A stretch of 63,244 nt of DNA, the filler included, from Atractiella rhizophila (taxonomy: Eukaryota): NCBI GenBank assembly GCA_021432655.1. It is 4 parts of 4 records of this genome, joined end to end, with 100 filler letters (N's around TTAATTAATTAA, not from the genome) between each part and the next. Parts side by side here need not be neighbours in the genome. Positions count along the whole stretch, not along the records: positions 1 to 19,908 come from MU271578.1; 3 more parts are not named here. One strand, written 5' to 3'. A model generated the notes under the pieces. The model had not been told where the DNA came from, searched no databases, and saw nothing but the letters and a program-made list of their open reading frames with translations. Both the position numbers and the translations under genes were made by a program. Below are positions 1-14,423 of the stretch, piece by piece (position 1 is the stretch's first letter; each line of letters opens with the position of its first letter).

Positions 1-2535
1 ACGCAGTCAGCTACATAGCTGTAATCCGCTTTCTTGGAGTACCTAGTTCATCTGAGCGAGGATAAAGTAACAGAATCAGAGACGAACCTTTGTTGACGTG
101 AACGACCATGGAGCGTGATAACTTGTGGTCCCCATTCTTCGCTTTGCGATCGCAGCATGAGCTTATGGGCTACACGGACGCTGTCTTTTACTCCCGTTCT
201 CATCTTTAATGTCAACGGGACATCTCCCAAAGCTTTGTTCATGCTCATCAGACATTTTCCAAGCCGGGTCGGGTGTTCTAGTAATGCAGAACCTGCACCC
301 TTGAATTGGTAGAATAAGTTATAAGGTTGGAAGGGCGACCAGGACCTACTTTCTACTATTCGTTGTCAGAACTGAGGATGTGCAATAAATATAAAACGAA
401 CCTGAAATACAAGGTCGATGGGGCATCCAGTATTCAGATCCATGAAACTGTCCCGTTCTAAGTCCTCCGTTCAGCGATCATAAGAATAAACTCACTCAAT
501 ATTACATTCTCCCACAATCGCTTCACAAGCGGGTGCCAAAACCTGAGGGCGACCTCCACATATTTGCACACCAAAGATCTTCTCCGAAGGATGTCTGTTA
601 GAGCTTCAGCCACAGTTACATTAATTTGGAAGAGAAACGACCTCCTGACCAAACTCCACTCTCCAGGATTGCCTGTAAGAAATTCCTGCGCCAATCCCAT
701 TTCCGAGCATGTAACAGTTGCCCCAAGCTGCACGCAGAGGCGACGGAATGGTAAATTCCCGACAGTCGTGAGAGGCGCCAGGTACCGTTCGCCACGGAGG
801 TCCAGTCGCTTTTTCTCTGTTGGTCGAAGGCGCGTTAAGTCTACGGGAGAGTCTTTATCCAGACGAGAAGCCGGGCGACTGTCGCTGACATCCATTGGGA
901 CTGCATCTGTCGGGTCCGTGGACATTGAGACAGGTGGATCGACTGCTGAGGAGGCGTTTCCTTCTTCCGCCTTGGAAACGTAGCTATACTTCTCTTTCCC
1001 TTTCGCCGACTGGCGTTGGTCTAGAGGTTCGCCTAAAATTCGAAAAAATTCTTCCGTCCGAGGTATAGGGTACTGTTGACCATTTAGCAAATATCCACTC
1101 GATAACAAACTGCTCGCCTTCTTGCTCCTGATCGTCCTTATCGTATCACCACCCACATCATTCAGTTCTCCCCTTTCGGTAATCTTCCCATCTTGAGTAG
1201 CAGCAGAGAACTTTTCCTGATCGACCACAAGTTCCAAACCGCTTCCCACGAAACCCTCTCCTTCTCCCACCCGTCGCAAATGTGAAGCGAGAAACCGACA
1301 TCGGAATCCGAAAGGGCATTTACCGAGTGCAGAGAACAGGGGACAGATATTAAGCACCTTTCGCAGTTCTGTATTTGCGCTTTCGCTTGGGATGATGGGA
1401 GTAATGTCTTGAGGTTGGTGTTGTAGAAACTCCTTGAGCGAATGAGAGAATTTACAACTAGTTTCGTTGTCAGCATCTGTACCTTCCAGTATCCGCATCA
1501 GAAACAAGTGGGTTCATTTGTCAAGAACCTGAAAGTAAAAACCAAGCCGGGAAAGGCGAGCATGCCGTCCACTGGAGGCAGTAACTGCAGAAAGGGACGG
1601 AGAAGACATTGTGCCGATAATTGCTCAATCTCATGGAATAGCAGTCTACTACACAAGAGTAAAATTATTAAAGATCCGAAATTCCATGGCAGGATATCAA
1701 TGATACTCTTCTCAAGATCAAAAAATGGAGTACTGGAGTGGAAGATAGAATCCGTCGTCCCTTGCTGGAACCGAGATGAAGAAAATAACTGAAGAACAAG
1801 CCAATTCATCAACTGAATGAGGAAATTAGGTTTCAACATATAATTGTTTTCAACAGAACCTGGTTTCGGATAGTTGGTCGCAAGGCAGAAGTGAAAAGCG
1901 AGGAGAAAAGGTACCGAAGTGAATCCTAAACAATCAAAATGGGCTATGACAAGTGAAAGTCGTTTGGGAATTTGCCTTCCATCACATGTTTTGCGGTCAT
2001 GGTTTCATTGACACAAATGACAACATCTTTATTCATGGAAATAAAAATCAGATTACCATGGCCCAACGATAGATCATGATTCTCTAAAGAAACTAAAACC
2101 AACCCGATAGATCTACACAAGATGAAACACGGACCTATCGCCTTTTTCACAGATTCCACCCCTAGCTACAGCATTACAAAGTTTGATAGGATTCTCCATC
2201 TGGGTAATCTCCCGTATCCCAAACTTCCTCGCCTTATTCATCCCCCTCTGCTTCTTCTTTCCTCCCTTCCCTCTATCATCTCTAGCGTCCCTAGCATCTT
2301 CCCGCTTTAATCCATCCCCTTCTAAACGAGGTTTCTTAGCCGGACGCTCTCCAGCTTCAGCGGCGTCGTCGTCTACACTTCGAAGACCAGCTGTGGGATC
2401 GGAAGAGGAGGAACTGGGTAGGAGGTCCCAGCGAACAAATTCAGATTTGATTGCCGCAATTCCAGGGCGTGCATCGTAGTATTTGGGTGTGGGAGCAGTA
2501 GACGAAGGCTCTGGATCTGCCTGAGCTGGTTCCAT
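1..2535 (-). CDS. DUS3: tRNA-dihydrouridine(47) synthase, multi-exon, 3' end runs off the window
   Basis: CCCH fingers (LCNAVARGGICEKGD|SCKFSH; CPLFSALGKCPFGFRCRFLASH) and DUS3 motifs YLAPLTTVGNLPFRRLC, PLTLKMRTG, ITLHGRSRQQR. First intron 1458-2134. Confidence 0.93.
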
Positions 2536-3411
2536 TGGGCTGGAGCCTGCGATGGAAGTTTTTACGATCGTGTATGTAAGATGTAGAAGTTGAACGAGAT
2601 CAGGTGTGGCAAGCCTGTTTGTTGGCTCCTTTGCGGTTGATCAAGACAGAGGTGTTTATGGCTCGAAGAGTTTGGCGGCTTTGGTGGTTTGCCGTGTGTT
2701 GACATCGATGAGGGAGAGTGTGAGAGTTGTATGATTTCATGACTGCGCAGTTGGTGCAGGTGCGATGCCTGGTAGAGGATCACTAGAATAAAGGTGCTCA
2801 TGGGTTATGTGGACGACCGTACCCAAGTTAATGAGGGTTAAACGTCCGAAATGTCCCTCGATTACTTCCCCTCCAGAGCTTCATTCAGAGACTAGGAGCC
2901 GAATTTTAATGCCTGCTCCTCTCAATTCGCTCCTTTCTCTTCTTCGAGCTCTCAGCTTGGTTAACTTATCATACGTCGAAACAACGGCGCTAGCAGTTAC
3001 ATTGGCATTTTATCCTGAGTAACTCGCATGAACTATGAACTACTTGACACTCGCGCAGGACCCTATGTGTTCTTCTCTCCGGCTCCGTTTAGACCGTTTA
3101 CGCCGCAAAGTTCGAGAGATTGTCTTCTACTTGTACCGTAGTTGACTGGAGCGCAGATTGGGCTACACTTGAATGCCCCTTCAATTCTCCGTTTTTCTCG
3201 GCCATCATTAAAGGTTGAATGAGACTTTGAGCTCCCACAACACAATCATATCTGGAATACGATATGCACTTTCCATCCATCTTGTGTTCGGTTGCCCGAC
3301 TTCCCTTCCACCAAGCCGTGACTCTGCTGATTTTGTCGACCCTGATCAATCCTTCAGCGAATCTCCCATCAAATTTTCTCACCAAATATCGACAGCAAGG
3401 CTATTGTCGGA

Positions 3412-5396
3412 ATGGATACACAGAAGGATGATCTCGAGCTGTCTATGTCACCAAAGTCGCCAAGTGATATTGAAATGGACGCTTCTGGAGCCGAATGGAG
3501 CCGAGGGATCCCTCAGCAGGCTGGAATCAGCCAGAATACGAGGCGGCGGCCAAATGTGAAGAAAGCGTGGAAGGAGGCATCCAGGAAGTTTTCGTTCACA
3601 TCGAAGGAATGGAGCTGTTTTACAGCTAAGTTTGGTGAGGTGAGGTCTGCCTCAGCTAGCATGGTAAACTGGTGTAACTCAACGTTTAAACAGTATTCAA
3701 CGCATTAAGCATTCCACCCCTGGAATTAACTAATGCGATAAATGCCAAGTCGCCGGTTTGGCAGACGGAAGCGCAGGAGCACTCATTCCATAGTGGGTGA
3801 CATCCCATTTCCCAGTTCTGCCCCCTTACACAATCCTTCAGCATGCAATCTACCTTTGGCGTCTCCTATACCCCAGTATCTTTAATCTTTGTCGTCCAGA
3901 TGGTAGGCTACATTGTTGCGACTTTTACCAACAACTATCTAGTCGATACGCTTGGGAGGGAGATCATTGTCTTCGGCGCAATGGGCTTACAAGCTGTCGC
4001 GCGCCATCCCTTTGTTGGATATATCCATCCTCCTGCTAATACAGTGGATAGGGATACGCGCTGCTTTCTCCAGCCTTCAACTTCCCATTGCTTCTTATCC
4101 TCAATTTCTTCACCGGCTACGGAACCTGCATTTCAAACAGCTCAGCTGTTGCTTATGTTGGGTCTCGACCTAATTCCCCCTGGAAGATTGCCATGATCGA
4201 GGCATTCCACGGCTTAGGTGGACTTGTGGGGCCTTTCGTCGCCACCCTTCTAGTTGAGAATGGAGCGAAATGGAACGTCTTTTACATCATCCAAGCTTGT
4301 GTCTGTACCGCAAATGCTATTTTATTTGTCTTCACCTTTGGGTAAGCCTCCACATTGCCATAAGGAATGATAGTCTGATAAGCATCTTATGACAAGCCTG
4401 AAGCGGAAGAACTCTGCGACGGCGCAAGGCGACCATTCGAGGGAGGCTCATGCGGAGGATCACCATGGACAGAAATTGAAGAAAATTCTCCAAAGCAAAG
4501 ATGCGTGGATCTTGGCGCTCTTTGGTTTCTTGTCTGTCGGTGCAGAAGTGTCCATATCAGGTCAGGTCCCGTTTCCTGCCATCAAAGGGTTGATTATTAA
4601 CGGATATCGACGGACAGGATGGATTGCTTCCTTCCTCATCAAAGAACGAGGCGGAACGTCGTCGTAAGTTCTTCCTAATTACCTGATATAGTGATGAAAG
4701 AGGATTCCGGTAGGGCTGGATATGTGGGCACAGGTTTCTGGGGTGGTATGCGTTCCCGTTTTCCAGTGTCATGTTATCTAAGCCATCTACTGAAAGGTTT
4801 GACGTTGGGAAGCCTATTCTCCTCGGTGCTCAGCGCATGGCTTGGTGCTAGAAAAGGCGTGTTTTACTATCTCGCTGTCTCTCTCGCCCTCGAATTCATC
4901 ATTTGGTTCGTTCCCAATCTCGAGGGGAACGCTGTTGCGGTAGCTTTCGTTGGCCTCGCGATGGTCTGTCCAATCAATTGTTGTCTAATAACTGAGAAAA
5001 TGGCACAGGGACCACTCTACCCCAATGCCACAAATCTCACTTTGAATAGATTGCCTCGAGCTCTACATGCAGGAACAATGACTTTCATGGCAAGTCTAGC
5101 AAAAACTGGCAAGTCTCTCCCTCGCTATCTTCTATCTCCATTGACCAACCAGTTTAGGCGGCGCACTTTTTCCTTTCTTGACTGGTGCGCTCGCACAACG
5201 CTTTTGTAAGTCATTCCAGAGCGCAAAGGTCCCCTCACTGATCGCTTTGCGAGAAGCTGTTAACGTGCTCCAACCTATGGTGGTCATCATTTTTGTGCTT
5301 ATGTTTTGTGTCTGGACTGTTGCTCCTGCTCCTCGCCCGGTGCTGAAGGACGACGACAACAATCAACAGTCAGAGCAGATGGAGAGTCGAGTTTGA
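3412..5396 (+). CDS. MFS transporter (fungal Bsc6/fucose-permease-like); start may lie upstream (~3264)
   Basis: Spliced hydrophobic exons with MFS motifs VAGLADGSAGALIP, AFHGLGGLVGPFVAT, VGAEVSISGWIASFL, GPLYP. Confidence 0.8.
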
Positions 5397-5610
5397 GTCT
5401 CGTTGGTCAATACTAGTTCAAGTTGCCGAGTGGACACGGAGTGCAAATCTAACCAAGACTGAAAGAAGATCATTGGTGGAGAGGTGATACCTTCAGCCAA
5501 TATCTCTTTGTACGACTGAATGTGGAAAGCTGCGGGAAATTATTGTGAAACTAGCTCTTGTTATTAATAAATCATCACAGCTTTCGAAATGGCTGTCAAG
5601 TGTTATTTCT

Positions 5611-8314
5611 TCAGAAGAAAATGGCTCGTAGCTTTAACTGTACCTGCTGAGCAAAAGGAAATCGACATTGCTTTCTCAGCCAGTGTTTTGCGACTCTTTC
5701 CCTTTTCTCCAGGTAGGGTAGTACGTTCTTGGCTGCTGATTCGTTGTGTTCTTTAAAGGTCATCATCAGAAAAAAAACTTGCACTAAAGATACAGCGTAC
5801 CTTTTATCCACTTGCGTTCCTCCCAATCCAGCAGCTCCAACTCTACCAGCTTCAAGTCAATCGGAATCTATTCATCGTGAACGAGTGGACACTCCTGAAA
5901 AGGAAAGAAGCGTACTTGTGTCAGCCGGTCAAAGCCAAACCACTTATTCCCATGTTCATCCACCTTCACAAGCTTCACAGTAAGCATGCTTTCTGTGCGT
6001 ACACCAAAGTCATCTGCCCAATAAAGACCAGGCTCATTTGTCAGGATATGTCCGACCTGTAGGGGGACTATATCTAATATCTTCCCCTTCCCGAAGCCAT
6101 GGGGGCCTTCGTGGATTCTGATCATGACCTTCTCTGAGCATGGATAGACGGAGGGAGGGCTAGACTCACGGTAAACAACTGCCAACACTATGACCCGTCC
6201 CATGGGTGTAGTCCTCATAATACTTCCAGGCCGCCTTTCTAGCCCATAAGTCGAGTTGATATCCGGTGGTACCATCTGGAAAGACGGCGGAATCAATGGC
6301 TAACAGTTAGGACATTGATGATCAAAACGCTTTTCGGTTGCCTGGGCATGAAGAGATGAGAGACCGACCAATGTGGCCCTTTAATGCCAGCGTGAAAAGT
6401 CGTTTCTGTGCAGCGGTGGGTCGACCGAAATGGACTGTCCGAGTAATGTCAATAGAGGAGTCGAGATAATGCGGTCCTGCACCGGAGCACATCAGCAATT
6501 AAATCTACAATTATACAGTCAGGATTGGGGCATGAACCAGAATCGCAAAGATAAGGAGTAGCGCGATCTAGTTTCCTACTCCCGACACAAGGAGGTTCGT
6601 AATGGGGCAATGCAGCATTTGGGCCAGCAGCCGAGATGTTTGGTTTTGTCAACTATCCCATGAAGCCTCCGTTCAATAGGAACACCCAAGTGGAAAGAAG
6701 AGTGGGCACACCATGAGAAACTGTTCGCTACGCTTGCGCTCTTGCGTCAAACGTTCTCCCACCTCCCATTCATTCACCTCCTCTCCTTTCTCAATGGAGC
6801 ACTCCAGAGCAGCTGCCCATCGCACCCAGGCGACAGAGTCGCGAAGGTTGCCTTTGCGAAAACCTGAAAGCTCAACATGGTTCTTCAGTCCTCTTGCGGC
6901 TAAGATGGGCGATGGATACGATAGAAAGCAGACTGTGGAAGGGGGTATTGATGTGAAGATTGCATAGGAGATGTCGTCCGAGGTCAGACACTGAGACAAC
7001 CGCGACTGTAAGACTTGCGATCCGAAAAGTGAGAAAGGCATACCTTTCCAGAAAGAAGGGGTAAAAACTGCCAAACAGTCTTATAGTTCTTCACGGTCAC
7101 CTTCAATTGTTCGACGAGGTATCGTAGCACCTCTCCATCCAATTTCGCCAAGTCAACAAATAGGACCGTTTCTGAGAGGCCAATGAGGAGATAAGCAAGG
7201 AAAAGTGGATTATCCGGGATATCGTTCCCTCGAAGATTGAGTGTCCAAGCGATATCGGCTAGGGAGGACAGAAGATAGTAATGAGCATCGATGGAAGATT
7301 GAATGGTCTCTTGCGCTAGCGAGAGCTTTTCAGAGGCATGCGTCCCTTCAGGTCAAAATTGCATTAGATGAAGACAAAGAGGAGGAGAACGAGCACCAGC
7401 GTATTGGAGAGGATGGACGTGAATCTTGCCACGAGGTAAAGGTGGTTTGTCTTCCCAGATTGAATCGACGAGGTTACTTCTGGGGAATACAAAGGATGCG
7501 CCTCTCTTCAACAAATCGGGAGAGAGGCGATTTATGCTCCCTGTGTAACAATACATAAGACAGCGATTAGTCTGCCGTTCCTTCATACGGAGAAGAAATG
7601 GCCGCACCTATGCTGACAAGTGTAGGGTCCACTCCAACCCTCATCCCAGGCTCTACCTACGTGCATAACTGTCAAATCTGAAAACAAAAGAAATAACGGG
7701 AAAGTAAACATTTTGAAGAAGCCACCCGTCCCAATCTGGTAATCCGTTGACGCCGGAGTTTACTAGTGTCCAGTTGCTATCCATTTGTTGTGCAGCTTGA
7801 ATGTGAAATCTACCTGGAGGTGTGGCGTAAGGTGTAAGTCATACATGGATGTTGGAAATGAAGGGAACAAAGAGACGCACCGTCAGTGAACATATATGCG
7901 CTTGTAAGCGTGACCACGGCTGTCCCTGCTGTTCCAGTGAACCTTGGAAAGAAGTAGTGAGCAACTATGTTTTATTTATAGGAAGAGCATAGCTTACCCC
8001 GACATAAATGCTGTTACGAAAGACATAAATCTAGTGTCCCTGCAAGGAAAAAACCGCCAAACCGCGTCGTTGATCCGCATCCGCGACGTATTCAGAACCT
8101 GAAAAGCGCTTTGCAGATGCAATATGGTACACATTCAAGAGAATTACCGTGAGCATCGTTTGAAGGAATTACACTGTTGACTTGCAATCAGAAATACTCT
8201 GACGAAACCGTATTGAACCAACTAAACATCGAGCTTCAGGTCCTCCATTTCAGCTCGCAACCGCATCAAATGCTTCGTGGTGTCAGCTTTCTTGTCGCTA
8301 CTAGTGTCGTTCAT
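5611..8314 (-). CDS. Xaa-Pro aminopeptidase P (M24B), multi-exon
   Basis: Motifs VIPSNDAHGSEYVA, ISAAGPNAALPHY, YLCDSG, DITRTVHFG, IHEGPHG, LTNEPGLY..FGVRTE, FGFDRLT. Start ATG approximate. Confidence 0.88.
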
Positions 8315-8585
8315 CTCAAAGGATTACTCTGCAATAAGCCACTAAAAATGGTCTTTGGAAAGAGATTGGAATTACATTTCAAATGTCAAATCAACAGGCT
8401 CAGCAGGTTCCGATCACCTGCCTTTTTTGGCAGATCGCTTGATTTCGAATGGCGTGACTTTCATTCGCCCATTTTTTCTGTTCTTCTTAGTAATATCTGC
8501 GAACGAGCCTTGCGTCGGCGCTGTAGGCTTTACAGTATCGTATACCACTGATTGTAGAGGGAAGTGCCATTGCTAAAAAACGAGA

Positions 8586-11500
8586 ATGCTGCCTCGTCGA
8601 ATACCTCTGATTCAGCGCACCTACGCCTCCCACGCCTCTTCAGCAACACGGTCACGGACGCACCTCATACCACCCTATTCCCACCTACAGTCTAATCTCT
8701 CGCGTGTGCGTTCAATTCTTAACCGCCCGCTCTCGCTGGCAGAGAAAATCATCTACTCCCACCTGTTGCCTTCTTCTATCGAGGAACTGAAGGGGGATGG
8801 AGTCAGGGGAGAGAAGTACCTCAAATTAAAGGTGGATAGGGTGGCTATGCAGGGTCTGTTTGCTTTCTCTCTGACTCTGCTTGTAAGCTCCAATTAACCT
8901 TGTGTTGGAACTAGATGCATCAGCTCAGATGGCCATTCTGCAATTCGCCACCACCGGAAAGATCTCAACCAGTGTTCCTGCTAGCATCCACTGCGACCAT
9001 CTCATCTCGTTTGTCTACCATCTTCCATTTGCCCTCCAATTCTGCGCCTGAGCAGTAGCCTCTATTAGAGCATTCGAAGGAGCCGAAGCCGATTTGAAGC
9101 GTGCAGAGGTATCAGAGAAAGAGGTATTCGACTTTCTGGAGTCTGCGTAAGCTTCACCACGCCTACACCTTTAAGCATTGACGAAATTCGGACTGTAGAG
9201 CAAAAAAGTATGGGATCGAGTTCTGGCGTCCAGGTAGTGGCATAATTCATCAAATCGTGCTGGAGAACTACGCCGCTCCAGGCCTAATGATGCTCGGCAC
9301 GGATTCTCACACCCCTAACGCTGGTGGTTTGTGCACGGTTGCTATCGGAGTCGGAGGAGCAGATGCTGTGGATGCTCTCACGGATACACCTTGGGAGTTG
9401 AAAGGTTCGGGCTCTGTCGATTACTGTTTGCTCCCTTTTTGTGGCTCTGACTCCGTTTATGCAGCTCCAAAACTCATTGGTGTCCATCTCAAGGGAAAGC
9501 TTAGTGGATGGACGAGCCCTAAGGATGTCATTCTGGCTGTCGCCGGAAAGCTCACCGTGAGGGTAAGATTATGTTCGCATCTCTGGCCACTGAACTGACA
9601 AAACCCTTCGAAAGGGTGGGACTGGGAAAGTGATCGAGTATTACGGACCAGGAGTTGAGACTTTCAGTGCAACAGGGACCGGGACCATTTGTAACGTTAG
9701 TCTTCACCTGACATCCCAACATTCTTGCGTGAACACTGATAGCCTTCCTCAATGATACACAGATGGGTGCAGAGGTTGGCGCTACAACTTCCATCTTTCC
9801 TTACACTCCAAATCTCCGATCCTACCTCAAGGCTACGGGTCGTGCAGACGTCGCAGCCGCGGCCGACCAGAATAGGGATTTCCTGAGAGCAGATGAGGAC
9901 TTTAAGGATTGGGATGAGCATGTGGAGATTGATTTATCCAGCCTCGAGGTAAGATTTCTCGTTGTAGAATATATTCCTTGCTTGACCTGTCGCCCGCATA
10001 TATACAGCCACAGTTGAATGGCCCTCATACTCCTGATCTCAATAATGGCCTATCAGCATTCAAGAAGCGCGTTCAGGAAGAAGGATGGAAGGATGAGATC
10101 AGTGCTGCTCTCATTGGGTCCTGCACCAATTCTTCCTAGTATGTCCCTTTATTCTCCCTCCATTTCACCTTCTCTTTCATCGTTGTTTGGACTCATGACC
10201 TGGCGATGGGAAAAGTGAAGATATGTCCCGAGTCACTTCCCTTGTCAAACAAGCAAGTGAAAAAGGATTGAAAGTTCAAGTCCCATTTTTGGTCACACCA
10301 GGGAGTGAGCTGATCAATGCCACGCTCGAGAGGGATGAGATGAAAGTCTGTAGTTCCTATTTCTCCTTCACTACAAGCAGAATGATTGACAAAATTCTTT
10401 CCTTGATGATAGGCAGCCATGGAGAATGCAGGCGCGAAGGTATTGGCTAACGCCTGCGGCCCGTGTATTGGACAGTGGGAGAGGAAGGAGTATCAAGGAG
10501 AAGACAATGGTATTTCTGCATCGAATATTCCGACGCCAATGACGCCCGTGTTGTAGCCATTCTAACGTCATTCAACCGAAATTTCAAGGCAAGGAATGAC
10601 GGTAACAGGAAGACAATGAACTTCCTCGCGTCACCAGACATTGTCACTGCTATGGTAAGCTCTCTTCCATCAATAATGGAACCTGCCATCTCATGTGTGT
10701 GCAGGCTTTTTCTGGTCGTCTCTCCTTCAATCCCATCACAGATAGCATCCCTCTTCCCAACGGAGAGTCTTTCCGTTTCTCCCCTCCAGAAGGTGTCCAC
10801 CTTCCGTCAGAAGGTTTCACGCAAGGCAACACGTCCTACTTACCTCAGAGCATGCCTGCTCCTCAACCGGAAACTGAAATCGTCATCGATCCTAAATCTA
10901 CGCGATTGGAGCTGCTGGAGCCTTTCGAACCGCACTGGGCGGTGGGCGAGAAGAGGGAGTTCGAGGACCTAGCTGTCTTGATTAGAATCAGGGGAAAGTG
11001 TACGACGGATGAGATTAGCGCTGCCGGAAAGTGGTTGAAGTATAAAGGTACGCCGATGATCCATCAACATTTAACTAGTTCACAACTGATATGGCGCAGG
11101 TCACCTAAGTAATATTGCGGAGAACACCCTTATTGGGGCCACAAACGATGAGACAGCCAAGGTAAATCATGCTTTGTCCATTGATGGGGTGGAGGGCACG
11201 ATCCCGGAAGTTGCCAAGCAGTGGAAAGCGGATAACAAGGGATGGATGGTCGTTACCGATGTGAGTTCCTAACTAGGTGCATGGGAAGATAAATTGAACC
11301 CGAAAACTAGTTCAATTATGGAGAAGGGTCGGCAAGAGAACATGCTGCCCTTCAGCCTCGCTGGTTAGGCTGTAAGGTCATCTTAGCGTATGTCGATTCC
11401 CATAACAACCTTGCTGCTCCTGAACTGAATTACAGTCGATCATTCGCTCGTATACACCGTTCGTAGTCCTTGATTCCATCATGCTTAAGTCATATCTGAT

Positions 11501-11847
11501 GGTCAAGCAGAAACAAATCTGAAGAAGCAAGGTGTCCTTCCGCTTACCTTTGCCAATCCATCAGACTACTCCAAGATCTCAGCGAAAGACGGTGATATCG
11601 TGAGCACTGTCGGGTTGGAAGACCTGTTTTCTTGGTTCGAAGCTGGAAAGGACGGAGAACCGCCACAGATCGCGGTGAAGGTCACGCGGCGGAACGGAGG
11701 AGAGGAAACGATTGCAGTTGAGCATACTCTTAGTAGGGATCAAGGTATGTTTGCCTGATCCGGTGTGCAAGGAGTGATATCTGACTTGGAGCAGCTCGCT
11801 GGATCGCCGCTGGGAGCGCACTCAACGTGATACGCCAAAACTCGTGA
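8586..11847 (+). CDS. ACO2: Mitochondrial aconitase-family protein, ACO2/homocitrate dehydratase type
   Basis: [90 protein letters not shown] (Lys where Aco1 has KYRGHL) indicates the Aco2 clade. Arg-rich N-terminus suggests a mitochondrial presequence. Confidence 0.88.
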
Positions 11848-12049
11848 AGAAATCCAACTCGCATAAAAATTCACAAAAATGTAGATATACTAGACTGTAG
11901 AGCAGGGCTAATCAAATTTCTTCACGCGATAGTTGAGTAAGCGACTTTGAGGAACATAAGAATTCACATAGCTGCTAGGAAAAATAAATCCTCTATACAA
12001 GGGGTATCAATCACAAACGGGCACAGAACCAACACGATTGCAGCCAATC

Positions 12050-13670
12050 TCATTGGGACGGATGCCGCAGACTGAGCTCATAAAGTTTCTCCTCATCCAA
12101 ATCGTGCCTCCCTCTTCCCATCGAGTCCATCCCACCCATTCCACCAGGACTCTGATAATACCCATTAACTCAATAGCTCATCTTCTTCAGAAAAGGACGT
12201 ACAAGTGAGATATCTGTACAAACTATTCGTTCCTCTCCTTCCACACAACTTTGGGTGAACGTAGTTATTGCCACTCCATGTGGATTCGGTCTCGATGACT
12301 TGGATGCCCATAGTCCATCAACAACAAGTAGGCAAATTGGGAAGAAATAGGCGTACAGCTGCCGTCATCCTCTTACTCTCGAGCTCCATAGCCTTGCCTC
12401 CACTCCGGCCACCGCCGCTTCCTGAACCGGTGTACCTCCCTTGCAAGCTCTCCTTGAACCTTTCTCGTGCGAGTAAGAGGGTGAGGAGCGAGTTGATGTA
12501 GAGAGGCGTGAGGCTGATATTGATGGCTACGTTCCACCCGCTCTGAATGGAGAGGAAGAGAATCAAATCGAGGATAGCAAGAATACTGGTCAGGAGATTC
12601 GTTTCGAGCGTTAATCGGATGATCCTCGAGATGATCGCTGTCGTGCCATTGAAGCCTTGTCGCGTTTTAGTCAAGTAGAATATCATCGATACCACTTGGA
12701 GAAAGCAGTCAGTGAGAAGTCTGCGCTTTGCTCAGAGGAGGGAGGCTCACCAATGATGAAATCTGCGAAAGTCAGTGAGCATAAACGTGAGAAAGGACAG
12801 AAGGAACGTACCAGCTAAACCCGCACTCAACAGCCACGAATAAGCCCCATAGGAGAAGGTATGAAACTCAGATTGCTTTTTGAGTATGAAGCCATTCCTA
12901 ATCATAGCACCAAAAGACCATCCCAGCTGGAAGATAGCGAGAAAGGTGACGATAATAGGGAAGATCTTCTTGCGACCTGAGAGGACGTATATCCGCCTGT
13001 GATGTACGTTTCGTTCAGTGGACTGCACAAAAACCGCGGTTGAATTGCTAGAAAGCAGGAATACGTACGATGCATACCAGATTTGTACGATTGCGGTTGT
13101 TAGACCTGCGAGGGGAAAGTTAAAGAAAGAAAGGGCATAAAAGGCAGACTAACCAAGGACGCCAAAATTTGCGCCATAGGAAAAGGGAACAATGTTGAAC
13201 TCTTCAAGGTGGCCAAACTTGATGACGGTCCCTGTACGCACGGTTCACCAATCTGTCATGTTGAAAAGAATGATCGTACAATGATATAAATTATCTGTTC
13301 TGACGTGAGCAAAAGCGCCGCACAAAATTAAGGAAACTCACGGGAGGTAAAAATTACATGCAGGGTATTAAGAAACGCGAGGACCCCAACGACAGCTTTG
13401 ATGCGCCAGCTGTCATTAGGATAATTATTAAAATAAGCGAGTGCTTGGTGCAGAGTCCATCCAGCTAGTTTCACCACATGATAAGACACAAAGGAGCTAG
13501 GTGAGAAAACCAACTCACAGAGAACGAAGGTGATTATCGATCCAACGCTGTAAGCACCGATCTAGTCCTCAATCCATTAACAATCTCCTCGGCACAAAAG
13601 ATTGACATAAGAAGAGAAGACACACGGTATCCCTCAACTTCGAATATGGAAACTCAATTTCAGAAGCCAT
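12050..13670 (-). CDS. Multi-pass membrane protein, DUF6534-like basidiomycete family
   Basis: YFNNYPNDSWRIKAVVGVL, IYVLSG, IISRIIRLTLETNLLTS, PLYINSLLTLLLAR resemble this family's pattern; Gly-rich tail. Confidence 0.7.
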
Positions 13671-14423
13671 CTGAGCTGCACTCGTCCTGTCCCGATTCAC
13701 CCTTCTTGACACTCGAGGACACGATGTCTGCAAGTACCGTGGAGCTTCTAATGCGAGAGAGGGGCTGAAGAGAGCAGGCAGAGGTTTTAAGGCACAATAA
13801 TACACTCGTGCCACTCATCAGGGTCACACCACTTGTTCTCTAATAACTCAAGGCAACAGTCCGGATACTTGCGGATGCATTTGGACCGATCTGTCTCTCG
13901 ATAACGATCGGCCAGCAAGATGAGCCTTGCTAGAACTGCTACTAAAAATTGGAGGCGATGGTCTGGGTCCGGTCCACAGAAACAATGGAGGTTGTTGACC
14001 AGACAACGTGCTTTGAATTTCAGGAACAATCTCTCCATCCTTCTTTCTTTCCTTTGCTATCTTCGATGAGCGTTCAACGCCGTTCCTGAGTGGAACATGC
14101 AATTAGCAACGCGATGGCTGCTGGCCAACAACAAATGGAGCACACACCAGTTCCGATTTCACACTCCAAAGCGGATAAAAGCACCACCCTCCGACCCACA
14201 AGCTATCTCTGAAGCCATCTCACCTCCCCGCCTGAAAGATGATGATCACATCCACTGCATAATGATCACTTCCTGTTCGGAAATTTGTCACGTGCCGCGG
14301 TTCCGCCAACATCTCCCGCCTGCGTGTTGCCGCCTTCTTTTGGAATTCTGTCACTTGTTTTGTTTTGTTGGAGTTAGCTAGAGTCCGCCAGATTATCACA
14401 TATCATCTTAGTAACTCACTATC

